A DNA stretch of 60,183 nt, filler included, from Candidatus Babelota bacterium (GCA_017999075.1; 6 parts of 6 records of this genome joined end to end with filler, not necessarily neighbours in it); one strand, 5' to 3'; shown: positions 1-8,236, counted from the whole stretch's first letter. The notes: generated by a model from the sequence alone, not told the origin. Numbers and translations are program-made.

Positions 1-2
1 GA

Positions 3-425
3 AATGCATAATGCAGTGGATACTGCTGAAATTACCATTGTATCAGGAAGTATTGCCGGATCATTTGACAATAAATAACATTCCACTATAGTTTCATTCC
101 TGTATTCAGATGGAAACAGGGGACGTATGGGTCTGTCAATAATCCTTGATATTATTATCTGATGAAGAGTTCCGGGATTTTCTCGTTTTATATATGAACC
201 GGTTATTAACCCCCGGCTGTAATCTTTTTCAAGATAAGAAACAGATAAAGGAACATAAGGAATATCAGATTGTTTTTCAGTATTTATTGTAACAGTAGCA
301 AGAATTACAAGTTTTCCGTGTTTCAATAATATTGAACCATTGGCTTTTTTTGCTATTTTTCCTGTTTCAATTTTTAAGTTTTTTCCGTTGAATGATGTTT
401 CTAATTTTTTTTCGTTATTTGACAT
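3..425 (-). CDS. pnp: Polyribonucleotide nucleotidyltransferase (PNPase), N-terminal part, runs off the window edge; divergent
   Basis: Not in the ORF track. Manual translation from ATG 425: MSNNEKKLETSFNGKNLKIETGKIAKKANGS...LATVT...SRIIDRPIRPLFP, matching the first RNase PH domain of PNPase. Confidence 0.85.
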   Translation of the reverse strand, partial: MSNNEKKLETSFNGKNLKIETGKIAKKANGSILLKHGKLVILATVTINTEKQSDIPYVPLSVSYLEKDYSRGLITGSYIKRENPGTLHQIIISRIIDRPIRPLFPSEYRNETIVECYLLSNDPAILPDTMVISAVSTALCI

Positions 426-494
426 TATTCTTAAATTCTAAAGTTTTATTAGTTATATTTACAATGATTGATTTTCAATTTTATAAATGTTTTT

Positions 495-523
495 ATTATA
501 ACTTTCAAATATTAGTTTGTCAA
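495..523 (-). promoter_or_regulatory. Sigma70-type promoter for pnp
   Basis: Minus strand TTGACA (523-518), 17-bp spacer, TATAAT (500-495); perfect consensus. Confidence 0.7.
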
Positions 524-827
524 TTTTTATTTTGCTTCATATAAATTGAAACATTTTAAAGAACTCACATTGCCGCCTCGTCAAAAGCGTGTTTTAAAAA
601 AAATACAATGTACAAAAGTGCCAGAACAGCCAAAACCAGCGCAACAATGATATTTGATATTTTTTAATTGATTAATTTTAAAGCATATTTATAATAATAT
701 TACTATTAAAAAAAATAACTTGTTTTAAGCTGCCGCAAAAGAAGATTAGTTCAACTTCGGCTTGTACCTCGAGTCCTGTGTGCAGTATAAGCCGTGTACT
801 TTATTCTAAATCGAGAGAGAAAGAAAA

Positions 828-1718
828 TTGGAAGAAAATAATTATTGGGTATGCAATTTATTTTATGCGAATAGAAATGATGAACGATTAATCGTCCCGA
901 AAAAAATTGGCGTTGGATGGACAATTAATTTTTGCCATCCAAAAGCTAATCTTTGTTTGTTTATAACGATGATGGTTATATTATTTTCTTTTTTTGCTTT
1001 TACCATCTGTATGAATTATTCATATTTACAGTCAAATTCAAATATAATTTTCTGGTATTTATTATCAATAATATCTTCATTGGCTGTTTTTTCGCTTATC
1101 TTGCTGAAATTCAAACTAAACATAAAAGATATTTATGTTTCTATGTCCTATGGAATATTAGCGTGCTTTATAGGATTTGGATTACAGCAAATTTTTAACG
1201 GTATTCCAATATTAATAATTAAAATGGAAAATGTTAAATGGTATTATCATATCTATTTTGGAGCTATGGCAGGCGTATGTCAATCATTTGGTAAATTTGT
1301 AGTTATTTTGTTATTGATGAAATTATGTGAAAAGAAAAATACAATTCTTAAACTCGGGCTTCTTGTTGGCTTAGGATTTACGATTAGTGAAATTTCGGTG
1401 ATAACATTAACGATGATATTTAAGAAGGTATCGTTTTCATTATCATATTTAAGTGTTTTCGAGCGGACATCTGCGTCAATATTTCATATATACACTGGCG
1501 GATTAATAGCGATAGGATTAATCAAGCAGACAAATAAGTATTTAGTTTCGGTAATTTTAATACATTGGGTATTAGATTTTATGGCTGGTGCATATCAACA
1601 TTTTAAAATTTCGGTTTATTTGCTTGAAATTATTTTTTTTACAATATCAATTTTTGTTTTTGCAATATATGTATTTTGTTTGCAAAATACCGTGTTAAAG
1701 AGACTCGAATTCGAATAA
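828..1718 (+). CDS. Membrane protein: DUF5808-like N-terminus fused to a YhfC/PrsW-like intramembrane protease-family domain
   Basis: N-terminal FYANRNDERLIVPKKIGVGWTINFCHP is DUF5808-like. Many TM helices follow, with GLGF..SE, ERTSASIFH and HWVLD motifs. Confidence 0.6.
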   Translation: MEENNYWVCNLFYANRNDERLIVPKKIGVGWTINFCHPKANLCLFITMMVILFSFFAFTICMNYSYLQSNSNIIFWYLLSIISSLAVFSLILLKFKLNIKDIYVSMSYGILACFIGFGLQQIFNGIPILIIKMENVKWYYHIYFGAMAGVCQSFGKFVVILLLMKLCEKKNTILKLGLLVGLGFTISEISVITLTMIFKKVSFSLSYLSVFERTSASIFHIYTGGLIAIGLIKQTNKYLVSVILIHWVLDFMAGAYQHFKISVYLLEIIFFTISIFVFAIYVFCLQNTVLKRLEFE

Positions 1719-1892
1719 TAACTTATTTGAGATTCAGCGTGGTTTTGGATGACATTTGTCATCGTTTGAAAAAACGGTTGACAATCTGGACAATAGATGT
1801 ACAGCAGTGTACATAATGGAAGTGTTTCCGAACTGTGAAAAATATTTTTTCCGGTTAATCATCGCGAATAAAAACTAAAAAAAATAATATAA

Positions 1893-1919
1893 TAAAGAAA
1901 AATAAAAAAATGCCGATAT
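1893..1919 (+). promoter_or_regulatory. Putative sigma28 (FliA/SigD)-type promoter
   Basis: TAAA (1893-1896), 15 nt, GCCGATAT (1912-1919), ending 47 nt before the ATG at 1967. Confidence 0.45.
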
Positions 1920-1966
1920 ATATAATATAATATTTATATAATAACAAATATTATCGGAGAGAAAAA

Positions 1967-2512
1967 ATGAATTGGCTTAATGAAGTGCAAAATAGAATTA
2001 AAAGAAAAAATCTGGTTCTTTTTGCTAAAAATAGTGAATTTTTAGCAGATTTAACATTATTAATTCAAGAACAAAATCATAGAACAATGGTTATATGGGC
2101 ATTTGAATTTGCTGATGAAGCTGTTAAAATGTTGCTTGAGCGTTATCCGAACGAAAAACGACTCGAATCTGCTGTAATTACAGCAAAAGATTGGGCTGCT
2201 GGTAGAGTAAAAATGCCCGTGGCAAAGCGCGCAATTTTACAGGCTCACGCAGCGGCAAAGGAAATTGAATCTCTTGAAGATATAGCGTTGTGCCACGCGA
2301 TAGGGCAAGCTTGTGGTGTGGTTCACGCAAACGGACATGCTATTGGATTTCCAATTTATGATTTAACATCTATAATTAGGCATTATGGTGTGCCTGAATG
2401 CGAAAAATATGTTGAGAAGCGTAAAAAGCAATATATTGAACGGATATATTATTGGCGAGAACATTATGAAGACTATCCGTGTGAATGGGCTGAGTTTATG
2501 ATTGCAGATTGA
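1967..2512 (+). CDS. Imm-5-like (putative immunity) domain protein
   Basis: HRTMVIWAFEFA...YPNEKR...AKDWAAG...AHAAAKE...CHAIGQACGVVHANGHAIG pattern typical of Imm5-like helical proteins; GGAG RBS upstream. Confidence 0.65.
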   Translation: MNWLNEVQNRIKRKNLVLFAKNSEFLADLTLLIQEQNHRTMVIWAFEFADEAVKMLLERYPNEKRLESAVITAKDWAAGRVKMPVAKRAILQAHAAAKEIESLEDIALCHAIGQACGVVHANGHAIGFPIYDLTSIIRHYGVPECEKYVEKRKKQYIERIYYWREHYEDYPCEWAEFMIAD

Positions 2513-2925
2513 TTTTGCATTAATTATTAAAAAAATGAGCGCAGCTATATGTTTTTTTTGATTTTTTTCGCATACATTTTGTGTGTGAAATTTTCATCGG
2601 ATTTTTAGCTTGAAATATAATAAAATTATAGGATTCTTTGTTTTCGGTTAATTTGATTATGAAATATTCAGGCTAAAGAATCAGAAAAAAACTGACGGAA
2701 ATATAATGAAATATTTTGCTCATTTTAATAAAAGAAAAATTCGAAGAATGGTTGCATAAAATTAACATAAGAAAACATCAGTTCAGTCAAATCCCTCGAA
2801 TAAAAAAAGAAATAATTTTTTTAGAAAAACTCCTGAAACATGCGCATTCTCTTGTTAAAAAAGAAAAACATCAAATCAAAAACAAGCAAGTAAAACAAAA
2901 ACTTCAAAAAAAGTTAAAATAATAC

Positions 2926-2954
2926 TTGACAAATAAACCTCTTTGTGCTATATT
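2926..2954 (+). promoter_or_regulatory. Sigma70 promoter with extended -10 upstream of the RM/defence operon
   Basis: TTGACA 2926-2931, 17-bp spacer ending TGC, TATATT 2949-2954; GAGG RBS before ATG 2998. Confidence 0.7.
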
Positions 2955-2997
2955 TGTTGTGTAGGTAAAAAGAAAACTTCAATAAAAAGAGGTTATT

Positions 2998-3573
2998 ATG
3001 AAATTAAGTGAACTTTCAAGTATTATTTCTGGACATTTATTCAGAACCAAAATATCCCATGAGAATAAAGGAAATTATTCTGTTATTCTTATGAGAAATA
3101 TTAACGATGACAATACAGTAAATTATGACGAGTTGATTAAAACATCAGTTGAAAAAATCAAGCCGGAGCAATGTATAAAAAAAAATGATATTCTTTTCAG
3201 GGCAAAGGGAAATAATAATTATGCCACATACATTGACAGGGACCTTGAAAATACTACCACCAATACCCATTTTTTTATTATTCGTGTTAAATTTGAAAAG
3301 ATTCTGCCTGAATATCTGGCTTGGTATATAAATCAAAAACCTGCGCAAATGTATTTTTTACAGCACTCTCCTGGAACAGTTATTCCAATAATTACAACTA
3401 AGAATTTGGGAAATCTCAATGTTGTTATTCCTGACATTACAACTCAAAAACAAATCATTCAAATTCATAAATTAAGTATAAGAGAAGAAAGTCTGTCAAA
3501 ACAGATTGTATATAAAAAAAAGCGGTTAATTGAAGCTTTACTAATAGAAAAAATTAAAGGGGGAGTAAAATGA
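2998..3573 (+). CDS. Half-size (single-TRD) type I RM specificity-subunit-like protein
   Basis: MKLSELSSIISG, KNDILF, ILPEYLAWYIN, LNVVIPDITTQKQI HsdS-like motifs; ATGA overlap with hsdM. Confidence 0.75.
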   Translation: MKLSELSSIISGHLFRTKISHENKGNYSVILMRNINDDNTVNYDELIKTSVEKIKPEQCIKKNDILFRAKGNNNYATYIDRDLENTTTNTHFFIIRVKFEKILPEYLAWYINQKPAQMYFLQHSPGTVIPIITTKNLGNLNVVIPDITTQKQIIQIHKLSIREESLSKQIVYKKKRLIEALLIEKIKGGVK

Positions 3574-5066
3574 GTGATTCACCAAAAGTAACTCAAAACG
3601 AAATTAATAATCTGGCTTGGAAGGCCTGTGATACTTTCAGAGGAGTTATTAATGCGGATCAGTATAAAGACTATATTCTTGTCTTTTTGTTTATTAAATA
3701 TATCAGCGATGTCTGGAAAGAGCATTATCAGCAGTATAGCGAAATGTATAAAGGAGATGAAGTCCGTATTCAGCGCCGTCTCGAGCGTGAGCGTTTTTTT
3801 CTGCCTAAAGAATCAACTTTTGATTATATTTATATGAACCGCACCAAAGATAATATTGGAGAAATTATAAATACTGCTTTGGAACAGATTGAAGAAAAGA
3901 ACAAAGAAAAACTTGAAGGCGTTTTTCGTAGTATAGATTTTAATTCGGAAAATCTAGGTAAAACAAAAGATAGAAATAAACGCTTGAAAAATTTAATTGA
4001 GGATTTTGCGGATTCAAAACTTGATTTTCGATCCTCTCATACAGGCAATCAGGATATTATCGGAAATGTTTATGAATATTTGATTTCAAGATTTGCCAGC
4101 GATTCGGGTAAAAAAGGCGGAGAATTTTACACGCCGCCGGAAGTAGCGCAGCTATTAGCAAAAGTTTTGGGACCAAAATCAGGAATGAAAATTTGTGATC
4201 CAACCTGCGGGTCAGGGTCGCTTCTTATAAAAATAGCCGATGAAATTCAGGACGGAAATTATTCTCTTTATGGACAGGAAAGTAACGGGAGCACCTGGGC
4301 GCTTTGTAAAATGAATATGTTTTTGCATAGCAAAGATACCGCCCGAATCGAATGGGGCGATACGCTTAATACGCCGCTGCTTATTGAAAATGATGAGTTG
4401 ATGAAGTTTGATATTGTCGTTGCAAATCCTCCGTTTTCGCTTGATAAATGGGGGGCGGAAAATGCCGCTGCCGATAAATATAACAGGTTTCATCGTGGCG
4501 TTCCGCCGAAAAATAAAGGAGATTACGCGTTCATCTGTCATATGATTGAAACTGCTCTTACTAAAAAAGGGAAAGTCGGCGTTGTGGTTCCGCACGGCGT
4601 TCTGTTCCGCGGCGGTCAGGAAGGCGTTATCAGAAAATCCTTGATTACTGAAAATTTTCTTGAAACCGTTATCGGTCTTCCGGAAAATATTTTTTATGGA
4701 ACAGGAATACCAACTGCAATACTCATTTTTAACAAAGCAAAAAAGAATAATGATATTTTGTTTATTGATGCAAGTAATGAATACGCAAAAGAAAAAACGC
4801 AAAATAAACTCAGGCAGGAGGATATTAAGAAAATTGTTGAAACTTGTAGAAAACGCCAGACAATTGATAAATATTCGTATCTTGCTTCAATTGATGAAAT
4901 CACTGAGAATGAATTCAATTTGAATATTCCTCGATATGTTGACACTTTTGAAGAAGAAGAACAAATTGATATTCCTGCTGCGCAAAAAGAAATTAGCGGT
5001 CTTGAAAAAGAACTTGCTGAAGTCCGTCAGCAAATGAACGGCTATTTAAAAGAATTAGGATTTTAG
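3570..5066 (+). CDS. hsdM: Type I restriction-modification methyltransferase subunit M
   Basis: GEFYTP, DPTCGSGSLL (motif I), NPPF (motif IV), NLNIPRYVD. Confidence 0.97.
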   Translation: MSDSPKVTQNEINNLAWKACDTFRGVINADQYKDYILVFLFIKYISDVWKEHYQQYSEMYKGDEVRIQRRLERERFFLPKESTFDYIYMNRTKDNIGEIINTALEQIEEKNKEKLEGVFRSIDFNSENLGKTKDRNKRLKNLIEDFADSKLDFRSSHTGNQDIIGNVYEYLISRFASDSGKKGGEFYTPPEVAQLLAKVLGPKSGMKICDPTCGSGSLLIKIADEIQDGNYSLYGQESNGSTWALCKMNMFLHSKDTARIEWGDTLNTPLLIENDELMKFDIVVANPPFSLDKWGAENAAADKYNRFHRGVPPKNKGDYAFICHMIETALTKKGKVGVVVPHGVLFRGGQEGVIRKSLITENFLETVIGLPENIFYGTGIPTAILIFNKAKKNNDILFIDASNEYAKEKTQNKLRQEDIKKIVETCRKRQTIDKYSYLASIDEITENEFNLNIPRYVDTFEEEEQIDIPAAQKEISGLEKELAEVRQQMNGYLKELGF

Positions 5067-5077
5067 AGTGGGAAAAA

Positions 5078-5485
5078 TTAACCACGAACTTTCACGAACG
5101 GACACGAACGAATAAAGTTAGGAGTTTTGAGTTAAATTTATGTCAACAGTGATGACACAAATTGCATGCAATTTTGAAAATAAAAATGTTAGTGCATGTT
5201 AGTGTCGGTTAGTGGCAAAGAAAAAAATAACCACGAACAACACGAACGAATAAGTTGAGAGTTGAGAGTTAAAAGTGAAAAGTTAAAAGTTGAGAAAACT
5301 TAAAATGTTATTGAATATTTGAGGTTATTATGAAATTGAAAAAAGTTAGTGATTGTTAGTGTATGTTAGTGGTAAAAAAATTAACTACGAACTTTCACGA
5401 ACGGACACGAACGAATAAAGTTGAGAGTTAAGAATTAAAAGTTAAGAGTTAGAAAAAGTGTCACCGCTGGAGACACAAATTTTAA
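5078..5485. repeat. Three tandem ~150-bp composite repeat modules between hsdM and the DUF1016 gene
   Basis: (T)TAAC(C/T)ACGAAC blocks start at 5078, 5228 and 5381, each followed by GAATAA(A)G and 7-bp GTTRARA-like tracts. Inverted GTTAGTG triads at 5188/5198/5208 and 5345/5355/5365. Confidence 0.9.
5330..5359 (+). pseudogene. hsdS start stub (MKLKKVSDC*) with the hsdS leader and RBS
   Basis: Preceded by AAAATGTTATTGAATATTTGAGGTTATT, nearly identical to the leader of intact hsdS at 6901-6928; cut off by a GTTAGTG triad. Confidence 0.6.
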
Positions 5486-5500
5486 GGTTGGTGTTTAATT

Positions 5501-6679
5501 ATGAAGTTTGACGAATTAATTAAAATTATTGAAGATACAAGCAGCCGGTTACAAAAACGGGCATTGACATCTGTAAATCAATTACTTGTTATTCGTAATT
5601 GGTTGATTGGATGTTATATTGTCGAATATGAACAAAAAGGAGCAGACAGGTCAAAATACGGTGAAAAATTACTTGAGAATCTTTCTTCAGAATTGAAAAA
5701 GAAAAAAATTAAAGGTATGTCGTTTACGAATCTTAAAATTTTTCGTCAATTTTACTTGATATACCCGCAAATTATTAAGATATTATCCGAAAAAAAAATT
5801 AGTCAGCCACTGGCTGACAAATTTATGAATGCAATTTATCAGGCATTGCCTGATGAATTTGGGATCTCAATTAGTCAGCCGCCGGCTGACAAATCAGGAA
5901 ATTCAATTCTTCAGCCATTGGCTGAAGAATTAGAAAAAAAACGAACTCACGTAAAACAATATATCGAACCAGCCCTTTTGTTTACTCATCTGTCATTTAG
6001 GCATTTTACCGAACTGATTAAAGTTGATGACGCATTGAAGCGAGCATTTTATGAAAATGAAGCAATAAAAGGTAACTGGAGTTCCAGGCAACTAAAGCGG
6101 CAAATTGAATCATTACTTTTTGAGCGTATTGGGCTATCAAAAAACAAAACGCAATTATTAAAATCTATAGAAAAAACAAAAGAGATTGTATCTGTTGAAG
6201 ATACGATAAAAGACCCTTATGTATTGGAATTTACAGGGTTCAAAGAATTACCGGCGTATTCTGAAAGTGATCTTGAATCTGCACTGCTTGATAAAATTCA
6301 GGATTTTCTTATTGAACTCGGTCATGGGTTCTGCTTTGAAGCTCGTCAAAAAAGAATAACCATTGATAATGAACACGACAGAATTGATCTTGTGTTTTAT
6401 CACAGAATTTTAAAATGTCATGTCTTGATAGATCTGAAAGTAAGAGCTTTTCAGCATGCAGACGCAGGACAAATGAATTTTTATTTGAATTATTATAAAA
6501 AAAATATGATGGCGAAAAATGATAATCCGCCTGTCGGTATAATTATGTGCACAAACAAAGATAATGCAAAAGTTGAATATACTACCACAGGAATAGATAA
6601 TAAAATGTTTGTATCTAAATATCTCGTCGAACTGCCGAAAAAAGAAGAATTGGAAAAACTTATTGAATTAAAGGATTAA
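5501..6679 (+). CDS. DUF1016/YhcG-family PD-(D/E)XK nuclease domain protein
   Basis: NWLIGCYIVEYEQKGADRSKYG, WSSRQLKRQI, IKDPYVLEF, ELGHGFCFEARQKRI, DLVFYHRILKCHVLIDLK, GQMNFYLNY. Confidence 0.93.
   Translation: MKFDELIKIIEDTSSRLQKRALTSVNQLLVIRNWLIGCYIVEYEQKGADRSKYGEKLLENLSSELKKKKIKGMSFTNLKIFRQFYLIYPQIIKILSEKKISQPLADKFMNAIYQALPDEFGISISQPPADKSGNSILQPLAEELEKKRTHVKQYIEPALLFTHLSFRHFTELIKVDDALKRAFYENEAIKGNWSSRQLKRQIESLLFERIGLSKNKTQLLKSIEKTKEIVSVEDTIKDPYVLEFTGFKELPAYSESDLESALLDKIQDFLIELGHGFCFEARQKRITIDNEHDRIDLVFYHRILKCHVLIDLKVRAFQHADAGQMNFYLNYYKKNMMAKNDNPPVGIIMCTNKDNAKVEYTTTGIDNKMFVSKYLVELPKKEELEKLIELKD
5797..5931. repeat. Four intragenic 27-bp palindromes at an exact 36-bp period in the DUF1016 gene
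   Basis: AATT-N-[8-bp arm]-N-[8-bp arm]-N-AATY units starting 5797, 5833, 5869 and 5905. Confidence 0.9.
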
Positions 6680-6967
6680 CCACGAACAACACGACGGACA
6701 CGAACGAATAAAGTTGAGAGTTAAGAATTAAGAGTTAAAAGTTGAGAAAAAATAAAATGTTATTGAATATTTGAGGTTATTATGAAATTTAAAAAATTAC
6801 CGGATGGCTGGGAAGAAAAATTTAACCACGAACAACACGAACAGACACGAACGAATAAAGTTAGGAGTTGAGAGTTAAGAGTTAAAGGTTGAGAAAAATT
6901 AAAATGTTATTGATTACTTGAGGTTATTATGAAAATTAAAAAAATACCCGTTGGCTGGGAAGAAAAA
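6676..6967. repeat. Two tandem ~146-bp modules (CACGAAC triad + 7-bp tract + hsdS leader and first 13 codons)
   Basis: Units start at 6676 and 6822. The first overlaps the DUF1016 TAA stop; the second runs into intact hsdS. Confidence 0.9.
6782..6871 (+). pseudogene. Truncated alternative hsdS 5' end (MKFKKLPDGWEEK, then repeat-encoded tail)
   Basis: First 13 codons parallel MKIKKIPVGWEEK of hsdS at 6929 but are diverged; broken exactly at TTAACCACGAAC. Confidence 0.75.
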
Positions 6968-8155
6968 AAAATAGATGAACTGAATATCAGCATTATTGAT
7001 GGAGATAGAGGAAAAAATTATCCGAATGAAAAAGATTTTTATGATAATGAATTTTGTTTATTTCTAACTGCTAAAAATGTAACGATTAATGGTTTTAAAT
7101 TTTATGAATGTCAATATATTACAAAAGAAAAAGATTCAAAATTAAATAATGGAAAATTACAAAAAAACGATATTGTTTTAACTACTCGAGGAACAATCGG
7201 AAACTTTGCATATTACAATGAAAGTATTACATATGAAAATATTAGAATCAATTCTGGAATGGTTATAATAAGAAATAAAGAAAAATTATTTACTAATTAT
7301 TTATACTTTTTTTTAAGATCATTTATTATAAAATCGCAAATTAAAAAAGTTGTTTTTGGAAGTGCGCAAGCACAATTAACAGTTCAAATTATTAAAACTT
7401 TAAAAATTCTTTATCCGAAAAATTTGATAGAACAGCAAAAAATCGCTGAAATATTATCAACATGGGACGAAGGAATTGAAAAAATTGAAAAATTGATTGA
7501 GTCAAAACAGAAATTGAAAAAAGGAATAATGCAAAAAATTTTTTCAGTTAAAAGTGAAAAGTTAAGAGTTAAGAGTTTTAATATTAAAATGCAGAAACTA
7601 AAAAATTACATTAAAGAAATTTCAATAAAAAATCGCGGTTCGAAAATATCAACTGTTTTAAGCGTTACAAATTCCAATGGGTTTATAAACCAGGAAGACC
7701 AGTTTGAAAGAAAAGTTGCCAGTAAAGATTTGTCAAATTATAAAATAGTAAAAAAAGGACAGTTTGCTTATAATCCTTCGCGAATAAATGTTGGCTCAAT
7801 AGATTTGCTCGAATCTTTTGAAGAAGGAATTGTCAGTCCGATATATGTAGCATTTGAAACTAAAGAAGAAGAATTATCAAAATATTATTTTAAATATTTT
7901 TTGCAAACAAATTTATTTAAACAACAAATGAAAAAATATTTTGCTGGTAGTGTGCGGGAAAGTTTAACTTTTTCAGGACTATCATTCATTAAAATACCAT
8001 TAGCAGATATAAATAAACAAAAATATTATGTAAATATTTTATTAACAATCGATAAAGAAATAGATTTGTTAAATAAACAGTTGTCATTATTCAACAATCA
8101 GAAAAAAGGACTGATGCAGGTATTATTAACAGGAAATATTAGAGTGAAAATTTAA
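6929..8155 (+). CDS. hsdS: Type I RM specificity subunit S (two TRDs)
   Basis: IPVGWEEK start, DGDRGKNYP TRD, EQQKIAEILSTWDEGIE...KKGIMQ central conserved region, KKGLMQVLLTGNIRVK end. Confidence 0.95.
   Translation: MKIKKIPVGWEEKKIDELNISIIDGDRGKNYPNEKDFYDNEFCLFLTAKNVTINGFKFYECQYITKEKDSKLNNGKLQKNDIVLTTRGTIGNFAYYNESITYENIRINSGMVIIRNKEKLFTNYLYFFLRSFIIKSQIKKVVFGSAQAQLTVQIIKTLKILYPKNLIEQQKIAEILSTWDEGIEKIEKLIESKQKLKKGIMQKIFSVKSEKLRVKSFNIKMQKLKNYIKEISIKNRGSKISTVLSVTNSNGFINQEDQFERKVASKDLSNYKIVKKGQFAYNPSRINVGSIDLLESFEEGIVSPIYVAFETKEEELSKYYFKYFLQTNLFKQQMKKYFAGSVRESLTFSGLSFIKIPLADINKQKYYVNILLTIDKEIDLLNKQLSLFNNQKKGLMQVLLTGNIRVKI
7547..7581 (+). repeat. 7-bp tandem tract inside the hsdS inter-TRD linker
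   Basis: GTTAAAA GTGAAAA GTTAAGA GTTAAGA GTTTTAA; 7546-7565 is identical to intergenic 5267-5286. Confidence 0.8.
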
Positions 8156-8156
8156 T

Positions 8157-8225
8157 GTTCGTGCCTGTTAGTGCCTGTTCGTGGCAAAAAATAATTAACC
8201 ACGAACAACACGAACGAACACGAAC
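8157..8225. repeat. Complete symmetric site: three GTTMGTG, A/T-rich core, three CACGAAC
   Basis: GTTCGTG/GTTAGTG/GTTCGTG at 8157/8167/8177; CACGAAC at 8200/8209/8219. Confidence 0.9.
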
Positions 8226-8236
8226 AAAAAAACGAG

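Noticed and set aside
758-794. Hairpin CGGCTTGTAC...GTATAAGCCG, plus short palindromes at ~1748-1816
   Set aside because: Isolated, mutually unrelated, and not matching an attC, riboswitch or terminator pattern I can support.
2716-2922. 68-aa Lys-rich ORF
   Set aside because: TTG start, no RBS, low complexity; likely an AT-rich intergenic artefact.
4212-4802. 196-aa antisense ORF and the many other short overlapping ORFs in the track
   Set aside because: Shadows of well-supported genes on the other strand or frame, with no recognisable motifs.
5078-5485. CRISPR array interpretation of the intergenic repeats
   Set aside because: Repeats are degenerate and composite, the period is ~150 bp, the intervening sequences are themselves repeated, and there are no cas genes.
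5797-5931. TIGR-Tas or mini-CRISPR interpretation of the 36-bp units
   Set aside because: The period and 9-nt variable segments are reminiscent, but the units are in frame inside a CDS, there are only four, and no Nop-domain Tas or Cas protein is recognisable.
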